A stretch of DNA of 24,486 bases from a virus (taxonomy: Duplodnaviria; Caudoviricetes). Positions 16,601 through 22,952 of this stretch are shown here, in pieces (position 1 is the stretch's first letter; each line of letters begins with the position of its first letter). The position numbers and the translations under genes are program-made. The stretch spans positions 1 through 24,486 of the IMG/VR virus record IMGVR_UViG_3300032318_000262; one strand, 5' to 3'. The notes beneath the pieces are model-generated. The model did not search any database and was not told the origin of the DNA. It was given only the letters and a program-made list of their open reading frames with translations.

Positions 16601-19320
16601 AAAACCTTTTCAAGATATAACTTTTCTTCATTTACTAAATAATTTTGTAACTTTACAAGATGTGGGTTTCTTGATTTTAGAAGGGCTCTAAATCTTTTAT
16701 CTGCAATGTCTTGATTCTGTTGACTATTTCTTGCATTGCTAAACTTAGGAAGTCTTGAATAGATTTGGCTAGGAGTAACATCTTTACCTCCATAGCCCTT
16801 TCTTTTAATTGTACGGAGTAGTTCTTGCTCTGTAGTATCGGTTCTCTTATTAGCAACCATCCAGTCTTCATTTTCTTTAAGTTTTTTCTTAAAGTTATCA
16901 AGTTTTCCTGCTGGAATTAAGAATGATTCATCTCCTACTGAGACACGAACCTTAGATCCTTCAGCAGAATATCTAATTCCTGAAAGTCTTGAAGAGATTG
17001 GAACAACAGGTGCAACATTTCCAGACAAACCTCTACGAGCAGCGTCTCTTGCTGCATATCTAGCCTGCTGTGCTTCACGGAATGCTGCAGGTCCTGGTGA
17101 TAGTGGAATACCTTTTCCAACTTTTGCTGCTGCTCCAAATGATGGGAATAAACCTCCAGCAAAACCTGGAATCTTATCTTTAATTATTTGACTAATAAAA
17201 CCTGAATACTTTTGTGACTGCTTTGCTGGAATAACTGCTTCTCCAGGGGATAGCATAGATGGAACTATATCTCCTGCTCCTCTTGGGCCAGGTACAGATG
17301 TTGTTCCTTGTGCAAACTTTCTTGGTGTACCGCCCTTTCCAGGCATAAATAATCCTGGATTCTGTCCTGCAAAACCACCCATAGCAACGGAGGCACCCTT
17401 GTAAACACTAGTTAAAGATGTTAGTGCTGCTGCTTCTAATTGGTATGCTGCAGATAGTTGCTGATGCTTAGAGTAGAGAGCATTACTAATAGATATGTTT
17501 TCTAATTCTTCTTGTGATAGGTATTGAGTTTTTAATGCTGCATCGCTAGATCCCGCAGATAATTGCTGGTATCCCTTTCTTAAAACCTGAATTCCCTTAA
17601 CAGAGTTTGCAACAGCATTTGCAAGCAAACCAAATGTCATTAAGAATAGTGGTCCAAGTCCACCAACTACAACTGTTATGATTCCAATGGCCTTTTTTAT
17701 TCCATCTGGAAGGCTATTAAATTTATCAGCAATTCTTGATATAAATTCAATCGCTGGTGTCAACACCTTAGCAAACAATTCACCAATTGGTGCAATGGCT
17801 GCCTTTAGTCTTTCTACAGATCCAACAAACTTATTCATTGGAGAGTCTGCTTGAACCTTTAATTCTCGCTGACTTAAGATAGCAAGTTCTTCAACAGATG
17901 CGTTTGTTAATTGAAGAACACGAGCAGCCTGTGTTCCTTCTCTTCCAAGGTTATTAAGAAGTGCAGAGATTCTTGCAAACTGATACTTTCCAAATACTTT
18001 TTCAATTACTCTTGAACGCTCAAGGTCAGTTAGTGGTTGTAGTGCTTGTGCAAATCCAGTTACAGTATTTCTTAAATTACCAGCATTTGCTTCAACAATA
18101 CCCTTGATATTAATTCCAACTGCTGCAGCAGCCTTAGATGCGGCGTTGCTAGGGTTAATTAAAGATGCAAGTCCAGACTTAAGTGCGTTAGCACCTTGTG
18201 CTGCAGAAATTCCACCTTCTTGCATTGCAGCCATGAAGTATGCAAGATCTTTTACATCTCCACCTAACTGCTGAATAACTGGTGCAACCTTTGGAATTGC
18301 TTCTGTTAAATCGTCAAGTGCAACAACAGTTTGGTTTTCAACAGCGTTGAGGAAATCAATTGTTCCAGCCATTGCTCCAGTATCAATCTGGAATGCATTC
18401 TTAAGTGCAATGGTTGTTTCTAATGCTTTTTCTTGTGTAACTCCACCAAGTACTGCTAGTTTATTGGTTTGTTCTACAAGTTGCTCTAACCCCTTGCCAG
18501 AAAAACCTGCTGCTGCAGCGTCTGCAGCCATCTTAATTGTATCCGAAACCTTAAGTCCATACTTTGTGTATTCATCTCCAAGGTCACGAATATTTTTCAA
18601 AGCAGCAGCGGTGGCACCTTGGTCTGTAAAAATATCTCCATAAACCTTCTTAAATCTAATTACCTGTGTTTCAATTTCCTTAAATGTTTTAATTGCTTGT
18701 GAGCCAAATAGCATAAGTGGAATAGTAAAACCAACCATAAGTTGGCGACCAGCCCACTGAGTATTCTTACCAAAGTTAAGTAGTTTTGTTGAACCATCAT
18801 CAACAAGTTTATTAAATATTTGTTGGCGTTGGGTGGCTGCCATTAATTGTGTTGTTACATTGCCATAGTTGAGTGCCTTTGGATTGAACTTCATTGCGTT
18901 CATGGCACCCTGTGCATCACGTCCTAACTGGACATATTGCTGCTGCAGTGTCTTTACACGCTTATCAACTAATTTCCCTATGGTGTCAAATTCGCTACCA
19001 AACATCTTTCCAAATGTCTTAGTAGATGCTGCACCATATCTAAAGTACTCTTTAAGTGAAAGTTTTTGTTTATCTAAATTTTTAGCAAACTGCTCAGAAG
19101 CAGTGCTCATTCTTGTCATTGAAGCGGTCCACTGACCAGTGGCATTTACATTATGTAAAAGAGATTGTGCGTACTTTGACTGTGCTGATGCTGCAGTTTT
19201 TGTTCCAACGATGAGGGAGCGGTTAAGGGTAGTGAGTTCCTTTTCAAGAAGACGCAGTTGCGTCATTGCTTGTGAGGTATCAATATTTATAAAAATATTG
19301 CTATTTGTATCTCCTGCCAT
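10672..19320 (-). CDS. tail tape measure protein
   Basis: 2882 aa; Ala/Leu/Gln/Lys-rich helical protein; TP901-type core (DLTEAIPKVAPV...GISAAQGANALKSGL); hydrophobic segments; C-terminal DTIPAMLTPGEFV motif; lies between chaperones and Dit. Confidence 0.95.
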   Translation of the reverse strand: MAGDTNSNIFINIDTSQAMTQLRLLEKELTTLNRSLIVGTKTAASAQSKYAQSLLHNVNATGQWTASMTRMSTASEQFAKNLDKQKLSLKEYFRYGAASTKTFGKMFGSEFDTIGKLVDKRVKTLQQQYVQLGRDAQGAMNAMKFNPKALNYGNVTTQLMAATQRQQIFNKLVDDGSTKLLNFGKNTQWAGRQLMVGFTIPLMLFGSQAIKTFKEIETQVIRFKKVYGDIFTDQGATAAALKNIRDLGDEYTKYGLKVSDTIKMAADAAAAGFSGKGLEQLVEQTNKLAVLGGVTQEKALETTIALKNAFQIDTGAMAGTIDFLNAVENQTVVALDDLTEAIPKVAPVIQQLGGDVKDLAYFMAAMQEGGISAAQGANALKSGLASLINPSNAASKAAAAVGINIKGIVEANAGNLRNTVTGFAQALQPLTDLERSRVIEKVFGKYQFARISALLNNLGREGTQAARVLQLTNASVEELAILSQRELKVQADSPMNKFVGSVERLKAAIAPIGELFAKVLTPAIEFISRIADKFNSLPDGIKKAIGIITVVVGGLGPLFLMTFGLLANAVANSVKGIQVLRKGYQQLSAGSSDAALKTQYLSQEELENISISNALYSKHQQLSAAYQLEAAALTSLTSVYKGASVAMGGFAGQNPGLFMPGKGGTPRKFAQGTTSVPGPRGAGDIVPSMLSPGEAVIPAKQSQKYSGFISQIIKDKIPGFAGGLFPSFGAAAKVGKGIPLSPGPAAFREAQQARYAARDAARRGLSGNVAPVVPISSRLSGIRYSAEGSKVRVSVGDESFLIPAGKLDNFKKKLKENEDWMVANKRTDTTEQELLRTIKRKGYGGKDVTPSQIYSRLPKFSNARNSQQNQDIADKRFRALLKSRNPHLVKLQNYLVNEEKLYLEKVLGQDVVKSLKGWDVNKLTPSHIREVRSQNRTPEDWAPSKIARDWGWFNSGLRGTKFGNVKGGHPLNAAQAREVLTNLQKTPFDKLPNEKKALQAALEYRLSRKPSYYDDFIFTDNAMMKVKPTMNLAEGIVSVPGPKGAGDIQPAMLSPGESVIPAKQSAKYMPLIQSMVADKVPGYENSNVNPFSGTKAPPGMVYTPSGLLVPAGGGQASAASRSPDRVEKAIDKFFDKPRVKKLGDRIDKFAAQMGKTTPKVAQLENTVTKTTQAFGTDKTRGFRGFIGGYGNVSQTVTGEDGTTRAASAAERTNMRQMNRMNFSQKMMPAQMAGMMIPMAAGMYAQKNPDSGIAKNMDMIMMLSMLTMLLPMLNSPLKLLAATAVGLVAVFKMQASTIKKNIIEGQKQAESMTMTTRRLEELGKITGKVSVTQVAQAKRSGRNTDISPVSMEFGNSIISNSDFGKNLKSSFDAAMTTFGSGAAVDSLVNQLGTAVSQGVLDRGQAESIAVALTRNLKDAKLELDVRGRLIQLLGPNGENLVNNPLQVQVDLITTGQNLQKAALKNLNLVASQQKGINTKAEIGQLGAGAVGGGILGARAGIQAANMVQGGLGATSLLSQEAAIARAGNAGKIGTALKVAKAARVAGTIGSAGVGATGVGAPAALVGVAVSTVIFGGIETAIRQWQKGKEKAAIGQAAGMLQGVVSQNIAASQASIDVLTSQYDSAIANLELKKKTLKTEQERKAIDDQIAELESKKESGLKTLRSKQAELLSSASSNYDKVSKRSLGETLSPFGSGRGQVRDKYMEAFAVGMQDKFKDNAPLKAQAAALQSQLDQIKNDKVTLEISTLVTSDVLTPMEASTLVSTLTKTGGDIQKRLKTLVDVQGTEGVQRLSTILTMLPDENNQKQLVFAMKHMNKTEADATMSAIEELGKVPDYVGIELNIETQKADLDRLKRVGSEIAALNKAFPNGQVTKTALIKMQEEAGGEGKNLTLDSAIRDWTAISKLPKDLQFQAIITMGSIEFSDSFDAILDRELKTAFQKQAKGAKTGRLAAAALESFVKNPKNIESATKTAMEKIRTQLFGAAVPDTSKKGGPTDTTDEGPKRDDSFLNDLAQRLKLVKEGGFNALTPLISLRKFLNDGGKNSINPGLDAQAGAIKQIETAAKTAGISIDKDFMEIIRGLDAEQFMLWSKTLFEIGKNGRITALKDDFVTINEGFRKATIAGYIQDVKDASKEIENQVAAHKLLTQEGYNSLEIQKILQDATLTAKIVAQGGLKATKEEQSELNKEIQKTINLNYELSNIKLSDNISETKMQVEAFKRLTAAGVKHEVILEILKDKNNAFAIASADATVNTKDKFGDLIAKTKQYSDLLELIANQTKTFEQTTQEAIDANVSALDLQARTLQNQFDIANIGLKAKIKTAEIDVKSVNDSIQKEQDKVDAINLTLKYDPGIGQNFLDDLQEKINDTQRSMDINFDRPLQVLSDRSAVLSNDLTLIDKATEAINEKYDAQEKALQTISQLNSDIAAQEKSRISLADALSQGDISAAAQLANDMRTTAAEAANRKSGEFIAASRKAETDNVVSAGGMTKAQIEAEQFRISQQSYALEQQRKTVQVQILSLEDQVYNITELREAKLLSIRGIETVIDGLKSTQLANAQAILDRLQAELDKNQEILDAKLLAIENEKLAWDSVQIKLDAYKLALTNSKLELESMLALIGKIAAAMATIPTTTATKSSAFVPTASDGGGETPEQKAARLKREADEAAQKAADEAAQKAADAAAAKAAVLSGYATATAAGDMNAAALFAAKVNPSALAAQESGAIGAASIAAQLKAAERALVASNAVIKQASTLASFKAKEAAEAAADTAAYNAKFRVGRMNGGIIPKYMSYGGMVPKYFAVGGMSRGTDTIPAMLTPGEFVMTKYAVDSYGVDKMKAINSGSYDGEKVYNYNLNVNVKSDANPEDIARVVMTQIRQVDSQRIRAQRG
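10813..10941 (-). repeat. TMP motif copy 3 (C-terminal FAxGG...DxxPAMLxPGExV)
   Basis: FAVGGMSRGTDTIPAMLTPGEFVMTKYAVDSYG, from residue 2794. Confidence 0.85.
11295..11346. repeat. 24-bp tandem repeat (about 2.2 copies) encoding DEAAQKAA
   Basis: catcggctgctttctgggctgctt / catcggctgctttttgggctgctt / catc; one mismatch between the full units. Confidence 0.9.
16063..16227 (-). repeat. TMP internal 55-aa repeat copy 2
   Basis: LAEGIVSVPGPKGAGDIQPAMLSPGESVIPAKQSAKYMPLIQSMVADKVPGYENS (aa 1032-1086). Confidence 0.95.
17152..17316 (-). repeat. TMP internal 55-aa repeat copy 1
   Basis: FAQGTTSVPGPRGAGDIVPSMLSPGEAVIPAKQSQKYSGFISQIIKDKIPGFAGG (aa 669-723); 33/55 identical to copy 2 without gaps (hand count). 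Confidence 0.95.
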
Positions 19321-19340
19321 TAACCGCTAACCTTCAACCG

Positions 19341-19670
19341 TTAAAGTTCTTCTTGTGCTAAAGCAAGTAAAGCGGTATCTGAAAGATTAATTCCAGACGC
19401 TGCCTCAATGATTGAATAAACCGTAGGAAGATCAATTACATCCTCAAGTTTTTCAATGCTTTCCCCCAACTCTGGCTTATATTGCTCCATAGCGATTGCT
19501 ACACACTCAATCAAAAGTGTCATAGACTTATCGTTATCATTTTGGACTGCCCCCAAGCCCTCAAACTTCTTCATAAATTTACGTAAAAGTGAGATCTTGA
19601 GAGGTCTTACCTTGATCTTTGTTCCATCAATCAGGGTAATTATTTTTTCTTCGTGAACTGTTGTAGTCAT
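19341..19670 (-). CDS. tail assembly chaperone, short (G-like) paralog
   Basis: Directly upstream of the TMP; RBS AGAGGA; about 50% identical to the first ~96 aa of the 239-aa neighbour. Confidence 0.8.
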   Translation of the reverse strand: MTTTVHEEKIITLIDGTKIKVRPLKISLLRKFMKKFEGLGAVQNDNDKSMTLLIECVAIAMEQYKPELGESIEKLEDVIDLPTVYSIIEAASGINLSDTALLALAQEEL

Positions 19671-19695
19671 AACTTCCTCTCAGTAAGTTACCTCA

Positions 19696-19740
19696 ATTAT
19701 AGCATGAACACGCTGATTTTTAATTTATTTAATATTTATT
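19696..19740 (-). promoter_or_regulatory. extended -10 promoter TGCTATAAT with upstream AT-rich (UP-like) tract
   Basis: TGCTATAAT at 19696-19704 in the intergenic gap; 19716-19740 is entirely A/T. Confidence 0.7.
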
Positions 19741-20455
19741 TCATTAGGCTTGGGTCTCTTTCATCGCCATAGTCAAGCCCCATGCCGATTCCAAACCCTG
19801 CCTTTTGAGCATTGACTCCCTGTAATGCTAGAACGTCATTGCTATCTGTTGCTTTACCACCGCTGAAGACTCTTGCTTTCATGTCTTCCCACTCTTTTTG
19901 ACCTTTATCTTTACTTGTTTCCCCGTCTAAATCCACACCCTGAATTGCTGCAAGAAATTTCTTTTCTTGATAATCTAAATCTCTAATTGATGCTAGTGTT
20001 GCTACAAGTTCAGGCATTGAAATGTTTGCCTCTAGTTCTTGATAGTCTTTCCATATACCCAGCAAAAATATCTCTGACTCTAACTTTGCTAAATCTAAGT
20101 CATCCCAACCGCTACTATTATTTTTATCATTTAGGGCCTGCTCTTTTACTGGCTCTTCTGTTTCTCCGTTAACGCTAATACCCCCACCAATATTAATTAT
20201 TTTATATATTGTAGGTAGGTCAACATTGTCTTCAAGGTCTTCAATTGTTTTTGCAATTTCTGGTTTATATTGTTGCATAGCAATTCTTGCACACTCTGAT
20301 AAATAGGATATTGACTGAAGATCATTCTCTGATTGTTTAATTAAATGGAATGCTTCCATAAACTCCCTAAGATATTTAATCTTTAAGGGATAAATTTCTA
20401 TCTTCTCGCCATCTATTAATGTAATAATATCTGACTTATATATTCTTGTGGCCAT
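19736..20455 (-). CDS. tail assembly chaperone, long (GT-like) paralog
   Basis: Between the major tail gene and the TMP; N-terminal G-like domain, acidic linker and a second domain (WDDLDL...LGIWKDYQELE...MPELVATL). Confidence 0.8.
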   Translation of the reverse strand: MATRIYKSDIITLIDGEKIEIYPLKIKYLREFMEAFHLIKQSENDLQSISYLSECARIAMQQYKPEIAKTIEDLEDNVDLPTIYKIINIGGGISVNGETEEPVKEQALNDKNNSSGWDDLDLAKLESEIFLLGIWKDYQELEANISMPELVATLASIRDLDYQEKKFLAAIQGVDLDGETSKDKGQKEWEDMKARVFSGGKATDSNDVLALQGVNAQKAGFGIGMGLDYGDERDPSLMK

Positions 20456-20462
20456 CTTATCA

Positions 20463-20471
20463 ATTCTACCA
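20463..20471 (-). promoter_or_regulatory. extended -10 promoter TGGTAGAAT, probable leaderless transcript
   Basis: The -10 hexamer ends 7 nt before ATG 20455; no SD in between (TGATAAG). Confidence 0.65.
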
Positions 20472-20507
20472 CAAACAAAAAACCCACCTCCAATTAAGGA
20501 AGTGGGC
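20472..20507 (-). terminator. intrinsic terminator after major tail gene
   Basis: Minus strand GCCCACTTCC-TTAATT-GGAGGTGGGT followed by TTTTTGTTTG. Confidence 0.9.
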
Positions 20508-20530
20508 TAGTTGTAATCTAAACTAGATTA

Positions 20531-21166
20531 TTATGATGCAACTGTGTGTGTACGGTCAATGATCTTGCCGTATGTACCTGATGTATCTTCTGGTAGCAGA
20601 CGGAATGATACTTCAAACATTGAAGCCTCATCACGCTTTGCTGAAACTGTTACGTTTTCAATTGATAGAGCACGGTATCCAATGTATACACGCTCTACTG
20701 CAGCAGAATCGTCACAGTCGCCTGTGCCTGGTCCTACAGCAACAATACCACGCTCAACTGGACATTCTCCGATTTCTCCAGCAGAAAGTCGCAATGTGCG
20801 TCCTGCAGATGAAGACTTTGTTCCAGTCAAATCATCATTGTTGCCTGCTAGGGCCAAGAGAAGGTTCTCTAGAGTGGCCTCAGCAAAAGCAGTTGCAACG
20901 CTAACTTGCATTCCCTGCTTGTAAAGTTTAGCAACGTCAAGAATCTGGTCTACCTGGACTTCACCGAAGTCTGGTTGGAACTGCATTTCAAGTCCGTTGG
21001 TTGTGTAACCCACATTGTCATATGTTGCAGATGCAGCGAGAGTTTCTCTGTATGAATCTGATGATACGAATGCTGGAGTTACTGTTGGTACTAAAGTTGT
21101 GTCTGCCATAAAAAATGCTGCAGCACCGACAATAATATTGGTTGATGTTCCACGACTATAAGCCAT
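20531..21166 (-). CDS. major tail (tube) protein
   Basis: VGYTTNGLEMQFQPDFGEVQVDQ...FAEATLENL typical siphovirus tube pattern; strong RBS GAGGTGA; own promoter and terminator. Confidence 0.88.
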   Translation of the reverse strand: MAYSRGTSTNIIVGAAAFFMADTTLVPTVTPAFVSSDSYRETLAASATYDNVGYTTNGLEMQFQPDFGEVQVDQILDVAKLYKQGMQVSVATAFAEATLENLLLALAGNNDDLTGTKSSSAGRTLRLSAGEIGECPVERGIVAVGPGTGDCDDSAAVERVYIGYRALSIENVTVSAKRDEASMFEVSFRLLPEDTSGTYGKIIDRTHTVAS

Positions 21167-21228
21167 TTATTCACCTCTTTCTTAAATAGATATTAAGTTA
21201 TTTGGCGTTTTTTGTTTCCTCAGACATA

Positions 21229-21237
21229 ATTATAACA
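21229..21237 (-). promoter_or_regulatory. extended -10 promoter TGTTATAAT for major tail gene
   Basis: In the intergenic gap, 62 nt upstream of the ATG. Confidence 0.65.
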
Positions 21238-21242
21238 TCTTA

Positions 21243-21836
21243 TTATATGGTTATTTTTCCGCCTGCTGGTAGTCCTTCTGGGGTCCAGATAGGAGTATTT
21301 ATCGGTGGCATTTGATGATAGTCAAACTCAATGATAAACTTGTTACCACCATAGGTTCTGGCTGTGCCAAAGTCAATAATATCCCTTGCTTCTTCTAATT
21401 GATAAACCTTAAACGTGTGGAAGTAAAACATGTTATTTATGAGGTTTGGGGCTTCTTCTGTTCCTAGGTTAACCTTGCGAATAGAGCACCAGTTATTGAC
21501 TTCTTCTGCAGTCTCATCAAATCTGTCCATTAGCCTTAAGACTGCCTCTTGTATTTTTATCATATTTGTTGTTGAGTTCTCTGCTGTAGCATAAAAATAA
21601 TACAATATTTGTTCCGTTTTGATATGTGGGAATTTATTTTTATTCATTCTTGATAATCTATCATATACGCACATGACCCCATCTGACTGTGGAAACGACT
21701 GGGTTAAATCATCAAGTGTTGTTGGGGTTGATGGGAAAAATGGAAGTCTATCAAAATCAGCAAGTTCTGCAACTTTTGTTTGTAAGTATTTATTAATCCA
21801 AATTAATGGAGTATTTAGTAGGTCTGTATCAGCCAT
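21243..21836 (-). CDS. putative tail terminator protein
   Basis: Synteny (immediately before the major tail gene) and size. Confidence 0.55.
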   Translation of the reverse strand: MADTDLLNTPLIWINKYLQTKVAELADFDRLPFFPSTPTTLDDLTQSFPQSDGVMCVYDRLSRMNKNKFPHIKTEQILYYFYATAENSTTNMIKIQEAVLRLMDRFDETAEEVNNWCSIRKVNLGTEEAPNLINNMFYFHTFKVYQLEEARDIIDFGTARTYGGNKFIIEFDYHQMPPINTPIWTPEGLPAGGKITI

Positions 21837-22506
21837 TTAATAACCCCGCATTTGCTATCCATCTGTATCCTACGTCTCTTCCTTTTGATCTTCCTGATTT
21901 CTTTCCTCTTGTTAAATTCTTTTTATATAATATAGGGTTTTCTAAGTATTGTGATATACCGCTTGATCTTAAAAATGCTTGTGTAAAGTATTTTGTAAAG
22001 AATGAGTCAATTACTTTTTCAAATGATCCCTGTGTGCCATCTCCGCCAGGATTATCTACATTAACGCTATTTTTAGTAAAGACTGTTTCTCCATCTTTTT
22101 CAAATACAAGCACATCAGAATTTCTTGGTGTAATCGTTACTGGTATTCCCTCTTCCATTATTCTTGCCTTTTCATAAAACGGAACATTTGATCCATCCTT
22201 GATTGATAAGGATTGTTTAAAGTTTGTTATAAATGTTAGTCCATTGTTGCTTACTGTATGCTTTATATCGTATAGTCTTGCATTTGGGCTTCCCACTTGA
22301 TACCATTCATAAATGTGATGGAGTGCTACTGGATTTACCCTTGCATTTGAGTCAATATATTTTTGTAACATTTCTGAAATATTTAAACCAAGATTATTAA
22401 AAAATTGAACCTTACCAGCATGAACACCATCAAGGTATCCAAAAGAGTACTCAATAATATTGTTCATATCCTTTTTAAATTGAGTGTTATTGATTGCTAG
22501 TCTCAT
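21829..22506 (-). CDS. putative neck/tail completion protein
   Basis: Synteny between stopper and terminator; ARIMEEG motif reminiscent of HK97 gp10-like proteins. Confidence 0.5.
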   Translation of the reverse strand: MRLAINNTQFKKDMNNIIEYSFGYLDGVHAGKVQFFNNLGLNISEMLQKYIDSNARVNPVALHHIYEWYQVGSPNARLYDIKHTVSNNGLTFITNFKQSLSIKDGSNVPFYEKARIMEEGIPVTITPRNSDVLVFEKDGETVFTKNSVNVDNPGGDGTQGSFEKVIDSFFTKYFTQAFLRSSGISQYLENPILYKKNLTRGKKSGRSKGRDVGYRWIANAGLLNG

Positions 22507-22952
22507 TATATATCCGATGCTTGATTCTCTGAACGGCGTATGGCCAAAGCATAATATTCTGGTTCTCCAAATGGTCCTATGATTACAGACTGAGATTCTA
22601 TCTCATAGATTGTTGACTTACCAGCCCTGACTCCAGAAGTTTCTATATATAGTGGAACATCTGTTCTTGTTCTGATATTTGTTATAACTACGTTTGTTAT
22701 TGCTTCTGTATTTTCTTCTTGTGAAAATCTAATGTCCCTTTTTGTTCTGCCCATTAAAACCTTTTTTAATGTTATGTTTACATTTGGCTTTACTTCTTCG
22801 TCTACCGTTCCATCTTTAGAAAAATTACAAACCACTGTTTTATTAAAAACCCAGGTCTTTTGAACATTGCCGTAGGCACCTTGTTCAACTATTGGATAGT
22901 AGACATCTGCTTTCATGGGATACATGAAGTCTGTATCTTCGCATGATTCCAT
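22506..22952 (-). CDS. putative head closure (stopper) protein
   Basis: Beta-rich 148 aa, QGAYGNVQKTW motif, TAATG-coupled to the adaptor. Confidence 0.6.
   Translation of the reverse strand: MESCEDTDFMYPMKADVYYPIVEQGAYGNVQKTWVFNKTVVCNFSKDGTVDEEVKPNVNITLKKVLMGRTKRDIRFSQEENTEAITNVVITNIRTRTDVPLYIETSGVRAGKSTIYEIESQSVIIGPFGEPEYYALAIRRSENQASDI

Noticed and set aside
16228-17151. Intein or intron explanation for the TMP insert
   Set aside because: No N-terminal C/S with C-terminal HN-C/S/T splice motifs, no LAGLIDADG motif, and the frame is continuous.
16677-17162. Two alternative-frame minus-strand ORFs (74 and 75 aa) inside the TMP cargo, considered as a hidden immunity gene
   Set aside because: Short, no clear SD, and composition typical of off-frame reads; similar off-frame ORFs occur elsewhere (1165-1488, 11883-12137, 12144-12356).
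19321-19400. Programmed frameshift at the end of the short chaperone
   Set aside because: No XXXYYYZ slippery site seen, and only 20 nt separate the stop from the TMP start.
20528-20533. Read-through or frameshift extension of the major tail protein
   Set aside because: Tandem TAA TAA stops followed immediately by a terminator.
21198-21227. Mini-ORF MSEETKNAK* in the major tail leader
   Set aside because: Its ATG lies 1 nt after the -10 box, upstream of the expected TSS, and it has no SD.
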